Assembly (NCBI RefSeq): GCF_006345805.1
Contig: NC_043011.1
Coordinates: forward strand, 66,600,464-66,664,463
DNA length: 64,000 nucleotides
From: Octopus sinensis
Taxonomy: Eukaryota
Reading direction: 5' to 3'
In this document: one piece after another, positions 1 to 12,070 of the stretch
How positions within the stretch are numbered: position 1 is the stretch's first letter
Layout of the letters: each line of letters begins with the position of its first letter
The notes under the pieces: model-generated
Seen by the model: the letters and a program-made list of their open reading frames with translations, nothing else
Told to the model about the DNA's origin: nothing
The model's database searches: none
Position numbers and translations under genes: made by a program

Positions 1-286
1 AGCAATAGTGTTTCGCTACCGTTCCGCATGACTGGCGGGCTAGCCACGTGGTTTCTAGTTGCCATTTTCAAAATGAAAAATGGCTAAAAGAAACCCTCGA
101 AAGTTTTGAAAGATTTTGGTAATTTCGCCCATACAGGGCGGAATTCTACGTGAATAATTCTCAGGTTTTTTAGTGAATGAACTTGCACAACGATTAAAAC
201 AAAATATTTGACAACAAGGAGTTTTAAACAAGTAAAAGTGGCCAACTTACGTGGAGCCCATTTGACTAGCAATCGTTCATGTCGAA

Positions 287-296
287 GATAGATAGG

Positions 297-382
<86 letters not shown>
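287..382. repeat. (GATA)n microsatellite
   Basis: Directly visible tetranucleotide array; source of the spurious YLSI-repeat ORF 84..407. Confidence 0.98.
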
Positions 383-1016
383 TACAGGTAATCCGTAAGA
401 CAGACAACCAGACATCATGATGCTAACAGTAGGCACACAAATACATAGAGATACGATGTGTACACGTGTTCTTGTCTCTACACTCGAAATAGTTCATATA
501 TATATTGCTGCTAAGAGGAGAAACACACGAACACATGCACATATCGTATCTGTATGTATTTGTGTGACTGTTGTTAGCAGTATGATGTCTGACTGATTGT
601 CTTACTGACTACCTTTCCATCTATCTGTATGTGTGTGTCGGTGAGTTTGTGTGCGTGCGTCCGTTTGTGTATGCACAAACATGCATGTATATGTACACAT
701 CTAAACATATACACGCAGATTTATATATATATATGTGGGTGTGTATTTGAAATCTTGTGAGGGTGTGTAAGTTTTTGTTACCGTGAGTGTATATGCGTAT
801 GTGTCATGGGTAAGAACGCGCATGTTAAAGTCTAATACGAATTTACTGTGATCGCGACGGGTGAAAGTTTGAAGTTTGCAAGTGAAAGATAGTTTGTGTT
901 CTTGACAAGAATCTTTAGGACAGATACGCTTGGGGGTTTTGCACAGTGTTCCAGGGAACATTATTGGTATGTAAGAGCGTTTTGTTACGTTGGCGGTTGT
1001 CCTGAAATATATATCT

Positions 1017-1039
1017 ATGTCTATCTCTATCTCTCTCTT

Positions 1040-1074
<35 letters not shown>

Positions 1075-1100
1075 GTATATATATATATATATATATATAT
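1017..1100. repeat. compound (CT)n/(AT)n microsatellite
   Basis: Directly visible. Confidence 0.95.
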
Positions 1101-1564
1101 TGGAAAAGGATGAGTGGCGTTCGACCATATAATAATATAAATAATATATAAATATATGCATATATAGATGCATATATGTACATACCTATATATGTATGTA
1201 TATATACATGCATATATGGGTACAGGACATCGAAAAAACCGTTGAACACAATGAGAAACGAAAACATACAAACGAAAACATAGAAAATGAACTTTCTTTC
1301 GGACAACGAAAAAAACAAAGAAACGGGACATGCAACATAAAGAATATTCCCCTTCATCACTTGTCGCTGTTTCATCTACTCCGCGTAACGAGGGGAAAGG
1401 ACGATATGTAACTGATTTGAAACAGTCCTTCCTGCAAAGCAAATTAAATCAAATTAGGGATTTTTTTGTGGCGGGAAATGTGCTAACAAGAACATGACAG
1501 CGAGATTTTTAAAATTTCTCATATTTAAGAGCAATTATCTGAAATCCAGTACACGCTGTTCACA

Positions 1565-1569
<5 letters not shown>

Positions 1570-1623
<54 letters not shown>
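1570..1623. repeat. (AT)n microsatellite
   Basis: Directly visible. Confidence 0.98.
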
Positions 1624-1626
<3 letters not shown>

Positions 1627-2186
1627 TTAATCAAATATATTGTTTGAGAATAGTGTATACTTGGTTTCAGATAAGTGTCCTTATATGAGAAACGTTTAAA
1701 CTTTTAATTGTATTTAGAGTTTCAAATTGAGCAATTCTACATTAGAAAGTAAAAGCAAGAAAATTACATCATAGAATTCACAGAAGGGATACGTCCATAA
1801 TATAAATACTATTGTATTAGTAAATGAATATATAAAGTATAACTATGCTTATTTATATACCAATAACTTTTTAAATAATAGCTTTATCATAATATTTTAT
1901 ATAGCATCTATTCAATGCGATTGATTACACGGAAATTCATCCTTTTGTGTGATGAGGGGATGAGAACCTAATAATGATTATGAATTCTGGATTTCCTTTC
2001 GAAAGCTAATACATTCATAAAACGATCATAAGACATCTCAAACCTTTCTAAATAAACATAGTTATACATTATATATTTATTTATTAATATAATATTAACT
2101 ATGTTATCGATGTATCTCTACTCTGACTTTTATGATGTAATTTTCCAGTTTTGCCTCCCTAATATATGTATATATATATAATATAT

Positions 2187-2222
<36 letters not shown>

Positions 2223-2319
2223 ACTTAGATAAAATTAGATATGTTTTCGACCAGAGATTGTTCCAGCCATGTCTAACTTAATAGCACCACCTGATAGGAT
2301 TACTCGAATCCTGTTTAAG

Positions 2320-2610
2320 TCAAGTTTTGTTCAAGTAGTGAGTTCTTGTTGGGGGAGTTGTATCCATATTTGTTCAAGTAGTGAGTTCTTCTGGGTGAGT
2401 TGTATCCAATTATGGGTGGGCTTATCTGGTATTCTTTGAAGGAATCTATCCAACTCTGTTTGAAGTTGATGGATCCTTTTCCTCTTTGATCTCCCCCTCG
2501 GGACAATGTTAAAATAGGGCAGGGCCTGTTGAGGAAAAGAAATTATGTTGCAGTGTACATGTATGTTGTGATCTTGAATTTGGCAGGGGACGTATAGCCC
2601 GTGGTCCAAG
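2320..2610 (-). mobile_element. 3' terminal fragment of a CR1/L2/jockey-type LINE ORF2, frameshifted
   Basis: Joining minus-strand frames gives LGPRAIRPLPNSRSQHTCTLQHNFFSSTGPALF-NIVP..-LDRFLQRIPDKP-PIIGYNSP..NSLLEQ, resembling the GPxLFN...LDxFLxxIPDxP...NSL C-terminus of invertebrate LINE RTs. Confidence 0.7.
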
Positions 2611-3000
2611 TGAAACAAATGAAACAGAATATACAAATATTACAGGCATCCCCCCACACACAATAAATAAACATAGACGCACATAGAGATATAAGCATGC
2701 GCAAATGAAAACATACAATAGAAATACAAAATGGCTGACGGTTAGTAAGGAGAGACACAAATAAGTGAGAAGAAAAGAAAGGACCACTGATGCGGTCACA
2801 GGAGTGTGACGAAAGAACTCTGGCCGAAATAAGATTAAGATTAATGTAAAAAATAAATATCACTGAAGCAAAATAACACCAAATATATAGTGCGTGTGTT
2901 TTTATTGGCTAAACTGGCAATATGACCATTCCGAAATATAACAATATCTGTTTCAGCACACGACTTCACATAAAAAATCTTGCACAACAAATATTTAAAC

Positions 3001-3184
<184 letters not shown>

Positions 3185-3186
<2 letters not shown>

Positions 3187-3410
3187 TTTCTTTTACTACC
3201 CACAAGGGGCTAAACACAGAGGAAACAACAACAAAGGGATTAAGTCGATTACATCGACTCCAGTGCGTAACTGCTACTTAATTTATCGACCCCGGAAGGA
3301 TGAAAGGCAAAGTCGACCTCGGCGGAATTTGGACTGGGAACGTAACGGCAGACGAAATACGGCAACGTATTTCGCCCGGCGTGCTAACGTTTCTGCCAGC
3401 TTGCCGCCTT
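3185..3410 (-). mobile_element. octopus-type tRNA-derived SINE, family A (head AAGGCGGCGAGCTGGCAG; OR1/OR2 class, exact name unverified)
   Basis: Same head/body (GTCGACCTCGGCGGAATTT, TTAAGTCGATTACATCGAC) and CCCACAAGGGG tail recur at 9308, 36585, 39491 and 43845. Confidence 0.9.
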
Positions 3411-3428
3411 CGAATATATATATATATA

Positions 3429-4140
3429 CAGGCTGCGATGGGTACATTGTTGCCATTTTATATCTTCAATTGTGCGCATGCGCATTGTTTGTTTTTGTCA
3501 ACTATACAGTGTAGTGGGCTCATTTGACCTCTGTCTGTGAGAAACCGCACCATGATGCAATTCACTCTGCCTGTAATTTAGAAACTACTTCCTGTGCTAC
3601 TTCTTGTGATTCGTACCTGAAGCTGCAACACAAACATTTCAGATTACTGAGTTTGATAAATACGTAGCATCCAATCAACATCATAGTGTTTGAAAGGATC
3701 ACTAGTGAAAGCAGCGTTATGCTTCCTTTCATCCTCCTACAAGGCCTCAGACTCAGCACGGAGGCATTCATCAAATGCCTGCAGAAAATAATTTTTCCCT
3801 GGGTCAAGATGGTGGCTGATACAGCGCCCTCTGTCTAGCAACAGGAATCTATACCTTGTCACACAAGCAGCAGAACCCAGTCATGGCTGTCGGAGAATGT
3901 CTGCAACTACATCATCCTTAACACCTAAATCCCCAAACTGCAACCCCTTCGATTATTATGTGTGAGGCGCAGTTGAGCGAGAAAGTGAAAAAGCTCTTTG
4001 TAACACCAAGGAAACTGAAGGCAAGGATTATGGCGGCATCCACCAACTTAAACAAGTAGACCGTCCTGAAAAGTTGTAGAAGATACCGATGACGTCTGGA
4101 CGCCGTGGTCGAGGGCAATGGTGATTTTATTCAATAAATT
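3429..4140 (+). mobile_element. internally deleted Tc1/mariner-superfamily (maT/DD37D-like) transposon, copy 1
   Basis: Starts TA|CAGG; N-terminal MMQFTLPVI then jumps to HPINIIVF..MLPFI..GLRLSTEAFIKCL..QQES.PCHT..PNCNPFDYY..ELKARIMAA..RLDAVVEGNGDFIQ*; many stops. Confidence 0.85.
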
Positions 4141-4231
4141 AATTCTTTGTTTGTACTGTTAGTATTAGTCAGAACATGCTCAACGTACGTTCGACCTGGG
4201 GAAGAATCTACTCATTGCGTTTCGTAATGGA

Positions 4232-4870
4232 GAATATATCTTGCTGCTTGACAAATGGAGCGTATACACCTAGTGCAGCTCGCAGTGCCACCTACCTAAA
4301 CAGTGAGATGCTAACATTTTGGAGTAGTTATCTTCTCTTCGGTCACAGACACTAGGCAGACGATTCTACGTGCTGGTGCTGCGACGTGAATCATTCCTTT
4401 GTCAACAAGCGAGATATATTCTCCATGATAAAACTGTGTGAGCAGCTTGTTGTCCAGTTCAGATTTGCATCAAGCATATTCGGACACATAAAAAAAAATT
4501 ACAATCTTGATCATCACTGCTTAGCGCTCTCACTCCATAATTTACTGATGATGTGCCGCCATGTAGCGCTAACAGTCACTGAAAACGCAGAAGTGAGTAT
4601 GTCTCTTCAATCACATTGTCTGCATAGTGTCTGGAACTGAAGAGGAGATAAATACTCCGAAATACTAGAACCTCACAGTCTAGGGATGTGGCATTATGAA
4701 CTGATCTAGGTGTATGCACACCATTTGTCAAGGAGATATTTTTTCCTTGACAAAACGCAACGAGTAGCTTGTTCCCGAGTTCGAATATGCAGCAAGCATA
4801 TTCGCACTCATAATAAAACTGCGATTTTACTTATCACTACTTAGTGCTGCCAATCCGTAATTTACTCTTT
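4232..4870. mobile_element. rearranged pseudo-LTR-like repeat (probably Penelope-like): inverted copy 4232-4355 vs 4625-4742, direct copy 4398-4550 vs 4723-4866
   Basis: By-eye alignment, e.g. CTAGGTGTAT..CCATTTGTCAA in both orientations; both inverted copies carry a hammerhead-like core. Confidence 0.6.
4631..4680 (+). ncRNA. degenerate type-I hammerhead ribozyme motif
   Basis: CTGAAGA (4637-43), stem II GGAG-ATAAATA-CTCC, GAAA (4659-62); stems I and III eroded. Confidence 0.6.
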
Positions 4871-5318
4871 ATTATTTCATAGTATTTTCATGTAACTTTC
4901 ATAAATATTTGTGTTAAAATAAGATATCGATTTTATTTTCATGTTTGCGTTATTTATATGTACACATGGCAGGTTGTAAATAATGGCCTTTATATATTTA
5001 TTTACTTTTATTAATTCGACTTACAGCTGTTACCGATAGTCATTATAGCGAAATTTCCTACAATAAAAGAATATTACTGGACAATTATTTCATCATTGTC
5101 ATGTATATCACTCTGTTTAAGAATGTAGATTGGGAATACAATCATGGATTTGCAAAAAAAAAGGGGATTATGAAACTTAACTCTGGACCTCGGCACAGGA
5201 ATGCGAAGAGTTCTTTACGTATGGTTCATCTTGATTATCAGAAAGCTAATAAAGTATCTTACTCTGATTAATAACTCCTCAATAAGACTTTGTTATATAC
5301 ACACACAAAACATATCTG

Positions 5319-5370
<52 letters not shown>

Positions 5371-5489
5371 GTTGTGGGTGTGTGTGTGTGTGTGTGCGTA
5401 CGTTTGTGTGTATGTGCGCGTGTGCAAATATATATATATATATATAATTATATTGATAGATTCATACATATATACATGCGTAAATAAAC

Positions 5490-5615
<126 letters not shown>

Positions 5616-6141
5616 GTATAGTTTCTTCTAAACGTCCTCTTTTCAGTAGGCGTCCGTGTACTAGAAATATTTATTAAGTTCACAAATTTTGGTTACCTTC
5701 AAAACGTTGTGTTAACGTATATTTTCAGAATTATTTATTCCAGTAATATTTTCTGCAACTAAATATGCTAATACATTTGAAACTGTTGTTGGCTTTATAA
5801 AATGAATTCGGTTATAAAGATGTGATTTTCTGTTTACGCATTTTTGTTGTTAGATACTTCGAATTTCTCAAAATTATTCTAAACGTTATTTACATCTATT
5901 TGTCATACTTAAGGAATTATCATCTTTGTGTATTCTACTTACGTTTACTGGTGTTCGATTACTGGACAAAGATACTGCAATTCGTTGAAAACTGAATGCG
6001 CTATTAATACCTACCTGGATTTTCTCATCCTTTTTTCGTATACGTACATCTATATATATATGTATATATATGTGTGTGTGTGTGGTGTGGGTGTGTGTGT
6101 GCATATATGTATATGTGTTTAATATGTATATGAATACACAC

Positions 6142-6204
<63 letters not shown>

Positions 6205-6209
6205 AATAT

Positions 6210-6530
6210 ATATTTGTAAAAAATGAAGTTTCGAAAATGCTTCTATATTAGACAAATTTTTAATTTTATATATACATTATTTATTTAACATGTTTCGGTT
6301 CTTGAAATGATGAACCTTATCAAAAAAAATTATATAAAAAAAAGATAGTTCATGCTATCAAATATAAAAATTCATATAAAATATACAATAGAGTCAGACA
6401 TCAAAAGTTCATATAGTAGTGAAGTGAGTTCATGCTATATGTTTAAAGAGTATGATGTAGTAGTTCATAGTGGTGATATGCATTCAATATAAAAAATAGT
6501 TCATAGTGTTGATATCATTCAATATAAAAA
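6210..6530 (-). mobile_element. AT-rich repeat with hammerhead-like motif (6286-6330); inverted near-identical copy of 42615-42890
   Basis: Reverse complement of 42615-42890 aligns along its length; minus strand reads TTGATAA-GGTTC-ATCATTTCAA-GAACC-GAAA-CATGTT. Confidence 0.75.
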
Positions 6531-6625
6531 ATTGATGTTCTTGAAAAAAGCGAGGAATTCATTTTATTTTAACCTTGACCACTGTGATGACTTTTAGGTC
6601 GGTGCCCGCTCGGACAGTTCTATAT

Positions 6626-6680
<55 letters not shown>

Positions 6681-7412
6681 TATATAGAAATATACACACA
6701 CTAATATATGTACATATATATATATAAAGATACACTAGTTAAGGAATGGAGTGATAAAATCTGGGATACATATTTTTGATATCAAGCGGACCTCATCGAG
6801 GTGGATGTCGCAGACTAGTCTTCAGGCCAAAGATATCTTGATTAAATGAAAGTTTACATTTTAAAACATTGGAAATTCAATCAGAATGTGTAAGGAGCAC
6901 GCAAGTTTCGATCCCTTCCTGACTGAATTTTCCGTATGTTAAGATGTATCCCCTTGGACAATGTAAACTTCCATTTAATGAAGTTATCTTTCGTTGAAGA
7001 ATAACATGTGGTATACACCTCGCATGAATATTTACGACTTCTGACGTTTCGCTCAGTATGAAACATAACCAGGATATTATCTACTCCACTCCTTAACACT
7101 TGTATTATTCTTCGGGAGACTAGCAATCCCGGTCGCCTACCGTGCAATATAAGAACTTTTTCAGGTTATCGTACTTTGATACGCAAAAATCAACAGCTCT
7201 CCGTGTTGAACTCTACACAGTTTTTCTCTCTCTCTGTTACTTTCGTTCTTTCTCCCTTTTTTTTATTTCTTATCCCTTTCCGTCTAAGAGCGTGGGCTCG
7301 AAACGTAAAAGACTTTTCCCTTTTTCCCACCTTTAAACAAATGCAACCTGCTTTTTGGTTCCTACACCTGCCTTCTTCAGTGCTTTCTCCTTTTAGTATT
7401 TTGAACTATATG

Positions 7413-7454
<42 letters not shown>

Positions 7455-8427
7455 TATATATAATATTATATACACATACACACACACACCACCCACACAC
7501 AACACACACATATATATATATGCTTTGAATCTTATAAACAAATAAACATTTAGATGGTTACAAATCGTTGAAAGCTCAGAAATAGATTTTAATATATTGT
7601 TACAATTTACCTAATATTGCGTAATGCATTCCAAGATATGACAATTTCAATGCATATAATAGCAGTCATCTATGCTTCAGTTGATTTTATTTAATATAAG
7701 TATTTTATGTTTGCGTTACTAACCAGTGTGCAATTACTTCAAAATAATATACAAATACAATTGTGGTATCATAATATTTATTCACATATATATGAGTAAT
7801 AGAGTTACAACCGCAGTACTGAATAATGAGTGTCGTTTCACCTATAATGGAAGAATAATATGGTTATTCAAATATTTGATGTAAATTAAGCTCAAATACT
7901 TCCGTTACTGCATTATAATATTTTGTTAATACCACTGTCAGGCCTGCATCAATATTTTAGATTAGTTCCTTGTAATTAAATAACAATGAAATTATAGACA
8001 TAGTATAAAGTCATTTGTTTTATTATTTATAACGTTTATATTGTGGGAGGCCTGGCGGTATGGCTTCAGTTTATGTCAGTGTTATTGTAGCCAATTACAG
8101 AAACTGAAAAATCGCAACTGCGTGTCCTGCAGCAAGGTTTCAATAATATTACAGTGAATTACACGAATTATCATTCATAATGAAGTAACTGTAGAAATGC
8201 ATTGGCTATTCAAAGGAACGAGAAACGAATTACTTACTCCAACACCTTTACCGGAGATTTTCTTGTCGTTGTAAACTAAAAAAACAACATGTTGATATAC
8301 TGTGGTAAGTTAGATTGTAATCAGATGTAAATCTTAAGAAATATACCAATATGAAATTAATCGTTGTCATTTGAATATAGATGCTTTCATGTTTGATCCT
8401 TCTCGAGCAACGCCTGACTCATTAGGG

Positions 8428-8693
8428 GCCGGTTTCCTGGTTTTCTGGGCATATAGGTTCCCCACGTGGACCGATGCCGGTCCGTCTCAGGTGAGCTGCA
8501 AGATGCAGGAGGAAAGAGTGAGAGAAGGTTGTGGCAAAAGTGTCAGCAGAAGTTCGCTATTACCTTCTGCTGGAGCCGCGTGCAGCTTAGGTATTTCGCT
8601 CATAAACACACACATCGCCGGCGCTGAGATTCAAACCCTCGATCCCTCGACCGCGAGTCTGCTGCTCTAACCACTAGGCCATGTGCTTCCACA
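8428..8693 (-). mobile_element. tRNA-derived SINE, family C (head TGGCCTAGTGGTTAGAGCAGC..ACTCGCGG)
   Basis: A-box TGGCCTAGTGG and B-box-like GTTTGAATCT on the minus strand; head and core shared with 19094-19403. Confidence 0.8.
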
Positions 8694-9307
8694 GATGCTT
8701 TCATACTACAATCTTATTAAAAATCGTTCTAGTGATACTCTATGGATGGTCAGATGTATTAAAAGAAATAATAGAGCATCTTCTGTCATCACCGGCGCCT
8801 CCTACCTTATACCATATTGCATTTTGTTTAAAGAAAAGAAAACTTGCTACATATAAACAATTATTTTTCAAAAATGTTAGGGTAGGACAATTGTAACTTA
8901 AAGTAACTAATTAATGCAGTTGTTATATTCAGTATCTCATAGTTTAGTTATATGATACTTAAGTAATCCAAATATCTTACCAAACAATTATGAGCGTGCA
9001 GGTATGCGAAATATCCCGTACAGTAGCGATTTTCGAGATAGAAACATTTGTGAAACCTATAGTAGTGACTGAAATATAAACAAACAGCTGAAAATTATGC
9101 ATTCAAGTACTGTTTATGCATTCAGGTACAGTTTAAACAATCAAGTTTTTAATTATATTGTTTATGTGCTAATATTTTGTCTATTAAGCGCTCAGAATCG
9201 CCTTTCATGTGATACGTTGTTGTAAGTAAAATAACCGAAATGTAATACGCACTTATCAAACAACTAAAGAGAAATTCAAATTTCTCCGCAAGGATGTAAT
9301 TCTTAAG

Positions 9308-9717
9308 TTTTTATGGCCCACAAGGGGCTAAACATAGAGGGAACAAAAACGGACAGACAAAGGTATTAAGTCGATTACATCGAGCCCAGTACTTAAATGG
9401 TACTTATTTAATCGACCCGGAAAGGATGAAAAGTAAAGTCGACCTTGGCGGAATTTGAACTCAGAACGTAACAGCAGACGTAATACCTATTTCTTTACTA
9501 CCCACAAGGGGCTAAACACAGAGAGGACAAACAAAGAAAGACGGACGGATTAAGTCGATTACATCGACCCCAGTGCGTAACTAGTACTTAATGTATCGAC
9601 CCCGAAAGGATGAAAGGCAAAGTCGACCTTGGCGGAATTTGAACTCAGAACGTAACAGCAGACGTAATACTGCTAAGCATTTCACCCGGCGTGCGAACAT
9701 TTCTGCCAGCTCGCCGC
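9308..9717 (-). mobile_element. head-to-tail dimer of SINE family A (full unit 9488-9717, headless unit 9308-9487)
   Basis: Two consecutive bodies joined at ..GACGTAATAC|CTATTTCTTTACTACCCACAAGGGG. Confidence 0.9.
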
Positions 9718-10025
9718 AAGGACATAATTCTACCAGAAAACATATCACCGCTGCAAAACTAAACGCTTGTAAGATTAAACTAATTTCAATTGAAAATAAG
9801 CAAATAATATGTATGTATTGTTTCCATATTGACATGACGGTTGAATAACAAAAATTACATCTCTTAATTATCCTATTTAATTATAAATATAGGTAAACCC
9901 TAGACTACCATTGTGAAAGGAGAACCCTAGATCCCGTTGCAGGGAGGAACAGGTTTGGGAGAGCAACCACCACTTGTTCCATGTGACTTACTTTAAATTC
10001 ATTTCTGTAAACGAAAAAGGATATA

Positions 10026-10904
10026 TTGGGGCATCCCATAAATAAGTCGGAGAGGGTGCGATAAGCAACCTGCATCAACTTGCTATAAAAGCCGGTAGTA
10101 ATTTTACCTCATCCATATAGATAGTGCAAAATTTGAAGAATTCATTTCCATTTTAATATTTATTTTTTTTCAAAGTTATAGTGGAACTGATAAAGGTGCC
10201 TATTGGGCTCATTTTGCTTTTATGAGTTCAAACGGCAAAACGCAACGTAAAATGCAAGGACTATTAATGCAGTATATGGGGTTCACATAAAAAGCATAAG
10301 CCAGTGTCAACGGTGTTTCCAGAAATTCGGAGGCGGAATATAGTCTAGAAGACGAGCCTCGTACTGGAAGGTCAGTAGTGCAAGATGAGTTTGTCCAGCA
10401 AACCTTGGTGAAAAACATATCCCATTGTAACTGCTGAAAGAAGCTTGGATTTGGTCATTCAACCAGTCATTCAAGTCAGAGCTAAAACCAAAAAGACCAT
10501 CTTGTTTTTTGAAGACCAAAGGTGTTCTTCCCTCAGGATAATGCTTGGCCACATGTAGTGAGTATGACATTCCAAAGACCGGATCAGTTTGAATGGAAAA
10601 CGAGGCCCAACCCAACATTTTCGCTGGATATTGTTCCGTCAGATTGTCATTTATTCCTCAGTATTAAAAATCATTTGGACAGAAAATATACGAATATTAT
10701 AGAGGAGGTCAGAACAGTACTGGAGGAGTATTTTTCGCTGCTGACAAGTGAATTTTGGAAGAGGGGCCTTACAGATGTTGTAGGTAAATGGGAGTCGATT
10801 GTAGAAAATGAAGGAGAGTATATTTTAGATTACGAAAGGACTTTGTGCTTATTTTGAAAATCAAAAGAAGTATAAAAATACCCGCATTATTTATCGGATC
10901 ACAA
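10026..10904 (+). mobile_element. internally deleted mariner element with imperfect TIRs and TA target duplication
   Basis: TA|TTGGGGCATCCCATAAATAAGTCGG ... CCGCATTATTTATCGGATCACAA|TA; transposase relics LLYEFK..LEDEPRTGRS and DNAWPHV..SLDIVPSDCHLFLSIKNHL..FWKRGL..KWESIVENEGEYILD. Confidence 0.85.
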
Positions 10905-11346
10905 TATTTTATTAGTCAAAGAACATAGCTTCATCTAAATACTTCTAGCATTTTGTATACGTCAAATAAGAAAAGATATAATTATTAACATTGATCTCGA
11001 TACCTGCAGTAATTCTCAGTATTGGAAATTGGTGAATAATTGGAACCACACTTCTCTTTGGCCATTCCATGGCAATCGAGTGAGAGTACAACACCTAAAG
11101 AATTTGAAATTTCATTTGAAGATTTGAAGTTAGGTATAAGACATTGAGTTTTTGTTACAAAATAATACAATCATTTGCGCTTGGGCAGAATACATATCAA
11201 ATAGGCTGTGTATGTGGCTGATTTATTTCTGATTTTCTAATATCTGAGTAGGGTGGCAACATTTCAGCAAGGTATATACGTTGGGTACAGGACATTATGT
11301 ATGAATTGCAAACTGTTGTTATAAATGTATAGAAATCCAAATAAAT

Positions 11347-11731
11347 GAAATTAAATGAATTTTGTTAAGGCCATCAAAACTCGGGAAATGTCTTTCATCA
11401 TGTATATTAATTATTGATCTGAATTTTAATCTATGTTGCATAACAAAACGCAGCTGACCTAAGTGTCGTGTTAGCAGTCTAAACTTTTTATCGTTATGCA
11501 AAATAGATATGTAACGCAATTTATTTCTACTAATTTCTGAAAATTAAATGAATTTTGTTAAGGCCATCAAACTCGGGGAGAATGTCTTTCATCATGTATA
11601 TTAATTATTGATCTGAATTTAATCTATGTTGCATAACAAACGCAGCTGACCTAAGTGTCGTGTTAGCAGTTCTAAACTTTTTATCGTTATGCAAAATAGA
11701 TATGTAACGCAATTTATTTCTACTAATTTCT
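11347..11731. repeat. two-copy tandem duplication, about 192-bp unit
   Basis: 11347-11538 vs 11539-11731; the differences seen are small indels, nearly all in homopolymers. Confidence 0.95.
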
Positions 11732-11929
11732 TAATATAAACTGCATACATAAGTTAAGAAACATAATGAATGCTCCCCACAACCAGTCTGTGGTACAATC
11801 ATGGAGTTATAAAATTGCTATCGAAATTCGAAAGATTGTTTTACTCGAGTGTTTTGTCTGGATGAGATGTTCGGACTTCACGGGCAGCATTTAAATGTTT
11901 CTATCGAAAGTATTCAAACTTCGCTACTG

Positions 11930-11931
<2 letters not shown>

Positions 11932-12013
<82 letters not shown>

Positions 12014-12018
12014 TGGAG

Positions 12019-12067
<49 letters not shown>

Positions 12068-12070
12068 TAG
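11932..12070. repeat. compound (AT)n-(AG)n-(AGAC)n-(AGAT)n microsatellite
   Basis: Directly visible. Confidence 0.95.

Noticed and set aside
84-407. ORFs rich in YLSI, IYIY, CVCV, HTHT or MYVC repeats (also 701-1442, 2922-3281, 5201-5683, 29019-29534, 30351-32365, 48815-49392, 63553-63816 and others)
   Set aside because: They are translations of microsatellites that lack stop codons in some frames; there is no protein-like content.
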